From positions 45,553,065 through 45,586,929 of the forward strand of contig NC_068983.1 of NCBI RefSeq assembly GCF_001194135.2: a stretch of DNA of 33,865 nucleotides, written 5' to 3'. The position numbers were made by a program, and so were the translations under genes. Positions within the stretch are counted from its first letter, which is position 1. Each line of letters begins with the position of its first letter. The stretch comes from Octopus bimaculoides (Eukaryota). Under the pieces are notes generated by a model. It made no database searches. It had not been told where the DNA came from and saw nothing but the letters and a program-made list of their open reading frames with translations. Of the stretch, positions 10,787 through 21,606 are shown one piece after another.

Positions 10787-11399
10787 CGAAACTATATTTT
10801 TTATATTTCTTTGTATTTATTTTAATGGTTTCGAACGTTATTTTAATTAGCACGGAAAATATTCCTATCGTAGTGTTTTAATTCTTCAGCTACAACTTTT
10901 GTTTATCGTCATTGAAACTTAAATTAATTTTACCTTTTTTTTTTAACATAAAAGGATGGATTGCTAAATGGAAGGAAAAAAATGACTTTATCAATACATT
11001 AAATTTAGGGAATTTCCATATTCAGTTACATACAGAGACTGTGATGCATACAGACGAATATATACACAAAGAGACACCAAAAAGCCAAACTGAAAATCTG
11101 CAATTGCTCTTAGTGAACCTCACTGAAATAACCAATTAATATATTCCCAAAGGAATGTGCTGAACGACTAGTAGTGTCATAGAAGCGTGACGGGGTACAT
11201 GTCAGAGCTTACTTACTATGTGTGTGTACGTCACTTCCGTCAATTATACTATACACCACTGATATCACACTACTCTACTAAAGGAAGAAAAATATGAGAA
11301 TAATATAGAACAAAAATTACTTAGAAAAATAATATGGACTCTCCCTCTCTCTCACCCACGCACATGCATAAAACAAGCACGTGCACTCACACATACATA

Positions 11400-11472
11400 T
11401 GAAAGTATCATAAATACATATGTATGTATATTGAAAAATAAACCTAGGTATATGTGTATGCATAACTTGAAC

Positions 11473-11547
<75 letters not shown>

Positions 11548-11715
11548 CATATGCATACATATATATATATACATATACATATACATACATATATATATAT
11601 ATATATATACATATGCATACATATATATATATACATATACATATACATATATATATATACACACACACATATATATACACACATATATACATACACACAC
11701 ACACATATATACACG
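11400..11715. repeat. (TA)n/(TACA)n compound microsatellite
   Basis: Directly visible; source of the YIYI ORFs. Confidence 0.95.
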
Positions 11716-12700
11716 CACTATTTTACGTACGCTTGTACGTATCATTTGAAAGGTAACGTATGACTTATTTTACAACCGGAGCCCAGTCATTAAAAGTAAA
11801 CAAACTGGTAACACCATAGACATTACCAATTCATTTGATCTGATCGATCTGAGGTGGGAGTTCTTCAGATCTGTTTAAAACGTCCATTAGAGAAGTCAAA
11901 CCCATGTTCTACCCATTGAGTGATGAATAACATAGTTATTGACAGTAAATATAAACCATGATTCAGTCAAACCTCTTGATCTATTTTGCATAATAGTTCA
12001 CGAGGTCACCATGCGGTTTGATTTGTTAGCAGGACGCAAAACACCGTTTTGAAATATTTTCTTAATGTTAATAAAATGATATGCTTATGAAAAAAGACAT
12101 TACTTACAAAAATATTAATATTAATGTATACCGCACGTTGAATTAAAAAATGTTGGCAAAAATCTGTCTTTCTCTCCATTTAGCTATATTTATTGTTCTG
12201 TGTACACAAATTTATCTATCTATCTATCTATCTAACAGTCAGTCACTTTGTTTTGCCTACCAAGTTTAATAAGTGTGCGATGTACATATATATATATATA
12301 TANNNNNNNNNNNNNNNNNNNNNNNNNNNNNNNNNNNNNNNNNNNNNNNNNNNNNNNNNNNNNNNNNNNNNNNNNNNNNNNNNNNNNNNNNNNNNNNNNN
12401 NNNNNNNNNNNNNNNNNNNNNNNNNNNNNNNNNNNNNNNNNNNNNNNNNNNNNNNNNNNNNNNNNNNNNNNNNNNNNNNNNNNNNNNNNNNNNNNNNNNN
12501 NNNNNNNNNNNNNNNNNNNNNNNNNNNNNNNNNNNNNNNNNNNNNNNNNNNNNNNNNNNNNNNNNNNNNNNNNNNNNNNNNNNNNNNNNNNNNNNNNNNN
12601 NNNNNNNNNNNNNNNNNNNNNNNNNNNNNNNNNNNNNNNNNNNNNNNNNNNNNNNNNNNNNNNNNNNNNNNNNNNNNNNNNNNNNNNNNNNNNNNNNNNN

Positions 12701-12732
<32 letters not shown>

Positions 12733-13227
12733 GTCATAGAAATACTTAATGACATTAATACCGTGCGGAAGTGGATTGAATAGCTAAGAGTATATGCCGA
12801 CCTAGCTGTAAAAATAAAAATAATATGAAAAGAATGTGTTCAACATCCCATGTGTAACCGGTGAGCTGACAGATGTATTGGCATCTTGGACAAAATACTG
12901 AGTGGCATACCATCAGACTCTGAGGTCAAATTCCACCGGCGTCTACTTTATCCCTCACTGTCTGGGAGTCTGTAAAATATGCACTTGCTCTGCACTGCAC
13001 TGAGATCCATGTCATTGACTATCTCCTTTTCGAAAGATTTCATAGCTGATATATATACATGTGTGTTCTTTTTCCGAACTTTTAGTCAACGTAGGCTTAA
13101 ACAAGCTAACACCGGTTGTCAAGCGGTAGTGGGTGATAAAGAGACAAGACACAACAAATACACACACACACACATACACACACACATATATATGTATGTG
13201 TGTGTGTGTGTTATTGAGTAGGTGCAT

Positions 13228-13320
13228 GCATGGACTTCGCGCAAGTATCTTCTACTATAGCTTCGAGCGACCAAAATCTTGTCAGTGGTTTTGATAAACG
13301 GAAACTAAAAGAAGCCTGTC

Positions 13321-13370
<50 letters not shown>

Positions 13371-13450
13371 GTATCAGTGTATATATGTCTGCATACATGT
13401 TTGTATACATAGGCGCAGCAGTGGCTATGTGGTAAAAATCTTGCTTCCGG
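13228..13450 (+). mobile_element. SINE family D fragments: core plus (TA)n (13228-13370) and a separate head (13403-13450)
   Basis: CAAGTATCTTCTACTATAGC...ACGGAAACTAAAAGAAGCCTGTCG and AGTGGCTATGTGGTAAAAATCTTGCTT match 24192-24330. Confidence 0.75.
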
Positions 13451-14115
13451 TAGAGCGTTTTGTTTAGTTCGACTGCTGTCTTTGTGAATAACGCACGTGG
13501 TCTTTGGTTGTCTTGGCGGCGCGACGTTTTCCCTCTGCTTTAATGGAGGGGCGTCGTGTGATAACTTGTGAGGATTTGAATTATTCTTCTTCAGACTTTG
13601 TGTCGTCTGACGAAGAAATGGTGAGCTGTTTGAAGAAGATTGACATAGTAATAGAAACAAGGAATTTAGTTGTAGCAGCAAAGGGAAAAATTGAAGACAT
13701 AAGTCTGGAAGAGCTGATCGAGTTCAAGGAAATACTTAAAAGTGAGGAGAACGCCGTGAAAGTGCCCCTCCGCTAAGAAGTGTTAAAGGATAAGGAAGAG
13801 AGAACGGTTGTTTACAGGACATACGCGGTGACAACAAGAAAAATAGAAGTGGTGAAGGAGGCACAAGTTGAAAAGGCGTTGAGGCCATTCGGGCAAGGAT
13901 TTCCTACCTTGCCAGAGGAAAAGGTTTGGAACAGTGGAGGTGCAATTCCGGGAGGTAGCTACCACCAGGCTGCACTCAGCAACACCGCTGAGAACTGATG
14001 AAATGGTTCTTCTACCCGTATACCTTAGGAGACGTGCTTCCAGGGTTAGGGTAGAAGACATACCCACCAGAAGTGGATGCAGCCCGGCTGGTGGCTGCCA
14101 TACTGCTAGGTATGG
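13451..14115 (+). pseudogene. 5' fragment of a non-LTR retroelement: 5' UTR plus disrupted gag/ORF1-like N-terminal half
   Basis: ORFs 13504-13776, 13780-13998, 13934-14134 and 14073+ splice together across a stop and two frameshifts into EERTVVYRTYAVTTRKIEV...FGTVEVQF...VLLPVYLRRRASRVRVEDIP/VDAARLVAAILLG. This is homologous to the ORF at 28580-28270 on the minus strand. Confidence 0.8.
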
Positions 14116-14385
14116 TTCTAATTCCACTGCTTAACTTGCTGTGTTCTTTTTCCAGTCTCTCTCTTTGTTCAAGGGCTTATTTCCTCCTAGTAGTATTCAT
14201 TTCAAAGAACAATTACATAATCAGAGTTATCTTTCGTAATACGGTCAAACCCTTTTACCAAAAACACCACCAATACTCATCACTTCTCTGAATATTTAGC
14301 TCTATTTATTTTCCAAGGGTTTCGCATGTAAATTTCAACTCGAGATTCAAGCATAACACTACTGAACATAGTGCCTCTATTTGGC

Positions 14386-14595
14386 TTCAAATTTTGGCAC
14401 AAAGCCAACTATTTCGGGAAAGGGATAAATCGGTTACATCGACCTCCATTGCTCAAGTGGTACGTATTTTATCGACTCCGAAAGGATGAAATGCAAAGAC
14501 TACCACGGCAGAATTTCAACTCAGAACGTAAAGCCGGACGAAATGTCACTAAGCATTTGGCACAGCTTGGTGGCGATTCTGCCGGTTCACTGCCT
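14386..14595 (-). mobile_element. SINE family B copy 1 of cluster
   Basis: TTTATCGACTCCGAAAGGATGAAATGCAAAG...GAATTTCAACTCAGAACGTAAAG...GATTCTGCC is the reverse complement of the family core. Confidence 0.85.
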
Positions 14596-14856
14596 AAATA
14601 TTTTTACTTTGACCAATTTTTTCCAAGTGTTTTCTGCAAGCGCATTGCAATTTGGCCTTTTATTTCACTAAAAATTTCAACTGTTTCAAACAGGAAACGA
14701 AAAGCGATTTACGCAAATGACTCCGTATAAGAAAATGACTATCATGAAATAATCTGTAACTTTAACATTAAGAGAGACCACCACCTAATAAATCTTACGT
14801 CATATTTCAAGATTAGAATTATAATTGCATACTGTCACTAGTCACAGTAATTATAA

Positions 14857-15068
14857 TTTCAAATTTTGGCACTAGGCCAGCAATTTGGAGGAGGGGATAA
14901 GTTGATTGCCTCAGCTCCAGTGTTCAAGTGGTACTTATTTTATCGACCCCGAAGGGATGAAAGATAAAGTAGACCACGACAGAATTTGAACTCAGAACAT
15001 CAAGACGGACGAAATGCCGCTGAGCATTTAGTCCGGTGTTCAAGCGATTCTATCAGCTCTCCGCCTTG
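14857..15068 (-). mobile_element. SINE family B copy 2 of cluster
   Basis: TTTATCGACCCCGAAGGGATGAAAG...GAATTTGAACTCAGAAC...GATTCTATCAGCTC. Confidence 0.87.
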
Positions 15069-15103
15069 CTCGTGAAGGGAACGATAAATTTCTTTAATAA
15101 AAG

Positions 15104-15320
15104 TAAGGCAGCGAGTTAGCACAATCGTTACCGCGCCAGAAAACAAAAAAGAATACTTCCGACCTTACGTTCTGAGTTCAAATGCCGCCAGAGTCGACTT
15201 TGCCTTTCATCCTTCCGCGTCGATAAAATCTGTGTCAGTCGAGCACTGGAGTCGAAGTAATTGACTTACACCCCCATCCTCCTGAACTTGCTGACCGTGT
15301 GACAAAATTTGAAATCATTA
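15104..15320 (+). mobile_element. SINE family B copy 3 of cluster
   Basis: ACGTTCTGAGTTCAAATGCCGCCAGAGTCGACTTTGCCTTTCATCC...GTCGATAAAA. Confidence 0.87.
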
Positions 15321-15344
15321 TTATCATTACTAAGACGGCGAAAG

Positions 15345-15560
15345 TCGCTGAGCTGGTAGAATCGTTAGCACGCCGGGTGAAATGCTTAGCGTATTTCGTC
15401 TGCTACTACGTTCTCAGTTCAAATTCCGCTGAGGTCGACTTTTCTTTTCATCCTTTCGGCTTCGATAAAATAAGTAGCAGTGAAACATTGGCGGTCGATT
15501 TTATCGACTAGTCCTTTCCCCCAAATGTCAGGCTTTGTGCCTATAGTAGAAGGATAATTA
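15345..15560 (+). mobile_element. SINE family B copy 4 of cluster
   Basis: GAGCTGGTAGAATCGTTAGCACGCCGGGTGAAATGCTTAGC...GTTCAAATTCC (B-box)...TTGTGCCTATAGTAGAAAGG. Confidence 0.9.
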
Positions 15561-15564
15561 ATAT

Positions 15565-15775
15565 GGTGAGCTGGCAGAATCGTTTCGGCACCTGACCAGA
15601 TGCTGAGCAGCATTTCTTTGGATTTGTCGGTTTGAGTTCATATACCGCAAGAATCGACTTTGACCTTCATCCGAATGGGAGCGATAGAATATATCCCATT
15701 TGAGCACTGGGGTCAAAGTAATCGACTTACATCCTCTTCCATAATTGCTGGCCTTCTTCCAAAATTTAAAACCAA
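15565..15775 (+). mobile_element. SINE family B copy 5 of cluster, degenerate
   Basis: GGTGAGCTGGCAGAATCGTT...GAGTTCATATACC...GAGCACTGGGGTCAAAGTAATCGACTTAC. Confidence 0.8.
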
Positions 15776-16114
15776 TATTGTGCAGATGTTAGCTGAGTTT
15801 AGAAAATACACAGACCTAACTGTAGAATTAAAAAAATATGGCAGTCAAGGAATGCCACTATTATCCCATTTGTAATTAACATACCTAAAATTATACACAC
15901 CTATAACTCTAACAACACTGGCAAATTTTCTAGAAAGATAGAGAAAGGTATGTTTAAAAATAGCTATACGATAGGACATTCCCCCGTAGCTTTTGTTAAA
16001 CTTCAACATACTTCTATCTTGAAAATTTGTGTGAACTGTGTACATTTACATTAATATACGTTCATGTATTTGTTCTGCAAGATTCTTGATGTGACATCAT
16101 GATTTGAAACAGAC

Positions 16115-16380
16115 ATTGTTATATTTGGGGACGGTCATTTCACCAATAAACACACACGCTAGTTACTCATTTTCACTTTAGCTTTATTGTCATCTGTTGT
16201 TTATTTGTCAGAGTTCTTTTTTCACACATTCCGTAACCTCTTCGGTGACATCCTGCCCTCGTATCTCCTCTTCCCTCTGGTCTTGTATTCTCTGTTCTAT
16301 TTTGTCTTTCGGTGGGAAAGTGAAAATCAAATAAATAGTATGTGCTTACTGACAAAATGACCGTCCAAGAATATAACAAT
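16115..16380. mobile_element. MITE-like non-autonomous DNA transposon (266 bp)
   Basis: 26-bp imperfect terminal inverted repeats: ATTGTTATATTTGGGGACGGTCATTT (16115-16140) versus the reverse complement of 16355-16380, ATTGTTATATTCTTGGACGGTCATTT (3 mismatches). Interior is non-coding; TSD not clean. Confidence 0.7.
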
Positions 16381-17446
16381 AGTTAGCTTAATTTTTATTT
16401 TCTTATTATTCTAGAGAAGACAGTGCCTATGACCCTTTATATATATATATATATATATATATGTCAATCTGTTGTCAGCTCATGAAGTTGGTATAATGCT
16501 CGAATGAGGTGACATATCTCCAGAATAATTAATGAAGTATATTTCTGCTGCTATTATTTCTAATATACATTTTCTTTATCATTTGTATATGCTAAACATT
16601 TTATAGAAAAATCTCCGTTTCTATACCATATATTTTTTTGTTGTTGTTTCGTGTATGTATGTGTGTGCTCGTTCCGGTTTACAGTTTTTCAAATGTTTGA
16701 TTTAAAGGAAGCGGCACAATGATATACATATATGGAAAAATATTCGCAGAGCATCGAATTACGAATAGTTAACACAAAAAGTTTTATTGGTTATTGAAAG
16801 CTTATTAAAAATACGACACATACTCATCAATTCATCCAACGTGATATTTTACGTGTTCAGGACCATGGGGAAGGTTTCACAAGCACGGCATTTGGCTCTT
16901 GTTTTTGTTTTAATGTTTTTAACTCACTGTTGGTCCTCGGTCTTTTGAAAGAGGCATTTAATATTAGCTCTTGTTAATTCGTGAAGCATATTTTGTTTAG
17001 CTAACATTTCAATTTTTTCTTTTTTCTGTTTTTTTTTTCTTTGCTCCTCTGTAGAGAATGCTCGACAAACTAAGAAGTATTTTATAGATTCGCCACTATG
17101 TGACGTTAGTACGAAATAAATGAAAAATTAATAGCAAACGGAATAAATAACCGCATAAAAATAGGCAATAAAGTAGACATTTTTGTCTATACGGGAAACA
17201 TACATAATATTTAAAGATCATAATGGTATTTTGTTTTCTGTTGTTTTTTTTTTGTTGTTTTTTTTTTGCTAATCGCACTTGCATAATGATTTACCCGAAA
17301 ATGAAACATGTGTACTTAGAAAAAATAATTCGGATTTCTCTATTTTTAACATTAAGTAAATCACTTCTCTTCCGTTATGGAATAATAGTGTATCTGTTAT
17401 CAAGTAGTTTTCCTCACATTTGAACGTCATGTAGGTTAATGAATTA

Positions 17447-17514
17447 GAAGCCTCACTGTCTATACCGAAGCCTCACTGTCTATACCGAAGCTTCATTGTC
17501 TATACTGAAGCCTC
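17447..17514. repeat. 20-bp minisatellite, ~3.4 units
   Basis: GAAGCCTCACTGTCTATACC twice, GAAGCTTCATTGTCTATACT, then GAAGCCTC. Confidence 0.95.
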
Positions 17515-18343
17515 TTCTTCCAAAACCTCAAGAATTTCGTTCAGGTACTAGTCCAAAATGTAATTTGGACATTAATATTATAATGCAGTCTAGGAAATAT
17601 TTATTTTATGATACTTCTTTTGGGTCAGACACAACAGTTAGTTTTGATGAAAAGCTGAGGAAGGAGTTGAATTTCATGATTTAATAGGATGAATCATTAT
17701 TAAAAAATGACTTATTAAATTATAGTGACTCTGACAAGAGAATATTGCATGCGTTACCTACAAAACAGTAATATTGTTAACCGCATAAATAAGAAACGAA
17801 ATATTAAAACCTGCAAACAACTTATGGTTTTAATACTCGTTCTGAAGCTGGATGTTGGGTCTTTTTAAAACCTTATGATCAACCTTTGAGGACCATAAAT
17901 ATCAGTAGATTTTTAATAATAAACTTATGCTGACTACATTTGCACCAAAAGTTTTGCTGCTTCCACAGACGATAAACTATTGGAAAGAAATCTTTCCAAT
18001 ATGAACAAGCAAATCCCATAATTCTTCTCAGTAAACATCGAATCTAACGCTGTTTTAAAATATTATTTCATCGGTTATATGAATAGTTTGTAGATAACAT
18101 AGAACAGTACATGTGCCTATATTGATTCTCGTAGTATGTGCACGTACATACGAACAATAAATGGTTATCGCAGTAAATACACAAAACTATACATTACTAC
18201 TTTAACTTCCCAATATATGATGACATTAAGATTTTAAGTTCTCCTAGTCCATTATAGAAAATATATACCCTGTCCTACATTAACGGTTCCCGAAGGTGTT
18301 AGACCAGTCGTTCGGAGAAAGACAACATTAGATTACAATTATT

Positions 18344-18731
18344 GTGGAGGCGCAATGGCCCAGTGGTTAGGACAGCGGACTCGCGGTCGTAGGATCGCGG
18401 TTTCGATTCCCAGACTGGGCGTTGTGAGTGTTTATTCAGCGAAAATACCCAAAGCTCCACGAGGCTCCGGCAGGGGATGGTGGCGAACCCTGCTGTACTC
18501 TTCCACCACAACTTTCTCTCACTCTTACTTCCTGTTTCTGTTGTGCCCGTAATTCAAAAGGGTCAGCCTTGTCACAATGTGTCACGCTGAATATCCCTGA
18601 GAACTACATTAAGGGTGCACGTATCTGTGGAGAGCTCAGCCACTTGCACGTTAATTTCACGAGCAGGCTGTTCCGTTGATCGGATCAACTGGAACCCTAG
18701 ATGTCGTAAGCGACGGAATGCCAACAACAAC
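18344..18731 (+). mobile_element. Full-length SINE family A with 12-bp TSD
   Basis: Same head, body and (CAA)n tail as 1232-1614; ATTACAATTATT at 18332-18343 and 18732-18743. Confidence 0.93.
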
Positions 18732-19594
18732 ATTACAATTATTAGTAATAAATCAGAATTGCTATATTCTTTAACTTCACCCAGACAGCTTTATACCGAG
18801 AAATTTTTAATTCCCTGCTGTCTAAAGTATTTTCTTTAAAAAAATGTTCTAATCTCACTTAAGTCTTAACATGGTTCTTCTGAGGGATGCATGGCATTTT
18901 TATCCATTCTTTGTATAGTTGATATCTGTTATTTAATATTTGCATATAAAAAAAAAACAATCTGAAAATATTATAAATAGTATTAGAATAGAAAGGCTGT
19001 TTTAAAATATATAATATTTTATTTCTAGCGTAATTGATTTGCCATACCATGAAATGTCATAAAAAAAACATTCGTTTATTAACACTAAAACTTCAGTAAA
19101 AGTTGTTTCGTCTGTTTGTAGTAACTGAAGATAAAAATATCAAGTTTTAACACCTGACATCATGGATAGATGGCGCATTATATAACGTTTCTGTATGTGT
19201 TTATTTATATATACGTCACACTCCTACACACAGAAATACACGCACAAGCACACCCATCCACACACATACACGTGTATACATACAAACATACAATGTGAGA
19301 GGATAAAAGGAAAGACAGGGAAAGGGAGAGGATAGTGTGTAGACAAACAGCAGAAATATAAATTTCATATTAGTTTAACGCTCCAAGGAAAACAAGAACA
19401 AAGAAATAAAAGAAGTGTTAAACTCTTATAAACTTTGCATTTCCGTTGTAGGATTTTACCCCTGACATACTTCCCTGCTTTTTCTGTTTCTTTTTTCTTC
19501 TTTCTTTTTTTTTTTTACCATGATGACGCAGTAATTAAACCGTCCTTTAGTACTCCGTTTATTCTAGTGGGATTACACTGGCTCTACAAATCCG

Positions 19595-19599
<5 letters not shown>

Positions 19600-19626
<27 letters not shown>

Positions 19627-19809
19627 CCTACCTACCTACCTATTTATCTGTCTGTCTGTCTGTCTGTTTGCATGTATGTATATATGTGCGTGTGTGTATA
19701 TGTGCATGTATGTGCGTGTGTGTGTATATAAAGACAGTTTGTATATACATACATGTGTGTGTGTTTGTGTGTGTGAGTACAGACAGGCATATATATATAT
19801 ATGTATGTA

Positions 19810-19858
<49 letters not shown>

Positions 19859-19993
19859 CTGTCTGTCTGTCGGTCTACATTTCTGGTTGTCCTGTCTATC
19901 TATATATCTAGGTGTGCGTGTGTGTGGGTTTGTGTGCACATAATAACAGTCTGTATACATATATGTGTGTTTGTGTGTGTGTGTGTATGTACA

Positions 19994-20035
<42 letters not shown>

Positions 20036-20112
20036 TGTCTCTCTACCTTTCTATTTGTCTGTCTGTTTATCTACCTATCTATCTACCTGTCTATCTATCT
20101 ATCTATCTATCT
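19600..20112. repeat. Compound (ATCT)/(GTCT)/(TG)/(TA) microsatellite block
   Basis: Directly visible. Confidence 0.92.
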
Positions 20113-20295
20113 AAGTAAAAGTTTGAGAAAGTTATGGTGAAAGAGTACAGCAGGGTTCGCCACCACCCCCTGCCGGAGCCTCGTGGAGCTTTAGGTGTTT
20201 TCGCTCAATAAACACTCACAACGCCCAATCTGGGAATCGAAACCGCGATCCTACGACCGCGAGTCCGCTACCTTAACCACTGGGCCATTGCGCCT

Positions 20296-20299
<4 letters not shown>
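20113..20299 (-). mobile_element. SINE family A, 5' half only
   Basis: Ends in ...GGGAATCGAAACCGCGATCCTACGACCGCGAGTCCGCTACCTTAACCACTGGGCCATTGCGCCTCCAC, the reverse complement of the family A head. Confidence 0.92.
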
Positions 20300-20327
<28 letters not shown>

Positions 20328-20704
20328 NNNNNNNNNNNNNNNNNNNNNNNNNNNNNNNNNNNNNNNNNNNNNNNNNNNNNNNNNNNNNNNNNNNNNNNNN
20401 NNNNNNNNNNNNNNNNNNNNNNNNNNNNNNNNNNNNNNNNNNNNNNNNNNNNNNNNNNNNNNNNNNNNNNNNNNNNNNNNNNNNNNNNNNNNNNNNNNNN
20501 NNNNNNNNNNNNNNNNNNNNNNNNNNNNNNNNNNNNNNNNNNNNNNNNNNNNNNNNNNNNNNNNNNNNNNNNNNNNNNNNNNNNNNNNNNNNNNNNNNNN
20601 NNNNNNNNNNNNNNNNNNNNNNNNNNNNNNNNNNNNNNNNNNNNNNNNNNNNNNNNNNNNNNNNNNNNNNNNNNNNNNNNNNNNNNNNNNNNNNNNNNNN
20701 NNNN

Positions 20705-20775
<71 letters not shown>

Positions 20776-21327
20776 TGTATGCACGTATACACAGAGATAG
20801 ATATAGGAGGAAGATAATCAGAAAGACATTTATAAATATGCGTGCGTGTGTGCGTGCGCTTTCTTGCGTACACTATGCCGTTGTATGGTACAAACCCCAC
20901 GTGTACCACTTGGGTAGGAGATAATGATATTTACTCGCCCGTACTTTAACTCATAATGCTACCGTACCGCCTACCGTTTTTACCAATCGGACTCAATGAT
21001 CCAGTAACAGAATAACATTTGATCAAAACGAGGTCATAGACCTGTCAATATAATCCTGGTCATTATTTCATCGGCGCCATAACGGCTAACACATCAAATT
21101 TCACCTCACCTAACTAGTTTCATCCGGACATGGTATAAGTCAGGAATGAAGCTCATTTAAAAAGACGGTTTTATAAGAAGAAAAAAAGAAGTGTCCGCAC
21201 CTACTGACTTTTAAAGAGTATCCACAAATGCAACAGCTAGATACTGTGGGTCAGTAAGTGTGACACCCGCAGATGCTCTATCGAATGAGTGTGGGCAGTA
21301 CATAGAACTGCTTGGCATGAAGGAAAT

Positions 21328-21361
21328 ACTCACCTAAAACAGGAAAGGTAAAAATGGCAAA
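21328..21361 (-). promoter_or_regulatory. Candidate recursive splice site (3'ss immediately followed by 5'ss)
   Basis: Minus strand TTTGCCATTTTTACCTTTCCTGTTTT-AG|GTGAGTA: 22/26 pyrimidines, AG at 21335-21334, GTGAGT at 21333-21328. Function is inferred. Confidence 0.4.
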
Positions 21362-21379
21362 TGTTCTTATCTAGTTCTA

Positions 21380-21606
21380 TTGGGTTGTCCGGAAAGTTCG
21401 TGCCGATTTTTAAAGGAAAGAAAAAGGTTGATAAATACTTGCCATTACTTTTTAATCAACCAAATATGAACCATTTTGTTGCACAATGCGTCTCCATCTT
21501 TCCTTTAACTTGAAAATACCCGCTTCCCAGAATTGAGGTGGTTTCATGGCAAATAAGTCGAAAGGTAAGCTACTATAAATCGGCATGAACTTTCCGGACA
21601 ATTCAA
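21380..21606 (-). mobile_element. Internally deleted mariner (227 bp) with both TIRs, TA TSD and transposase C-terminus
   Basis: 30-bp TIRs TTGGGTTGTCCGGAAAGTTCGTGCCGATTT (21380-21409) and the reverse complement of 21577-21606 (3 mismatches), with TA on both sides. Minus strand 21553-21452 reads FAMKPPQFWEAGIFKLKERWRRIVQQNGSYLVD*, the typical mariner GIxKLxERW...NGxY tail. Confidence 0.92.

Noticed and set aside
17447-17514. 20-bp direct repeats as a CRISPR-like array
   Set aside because: Head-to-tail units with no spacers, in a eukaryotic context with no cas genes: a minisatellite.
2077-20909. Long ORFs in the track that run through N-gaps (e.g. 4656-5792, 8676-9848, 12193-12783, 20195-20800)
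   Set aside because: They are open only because N translates to X; not evidence of coding.
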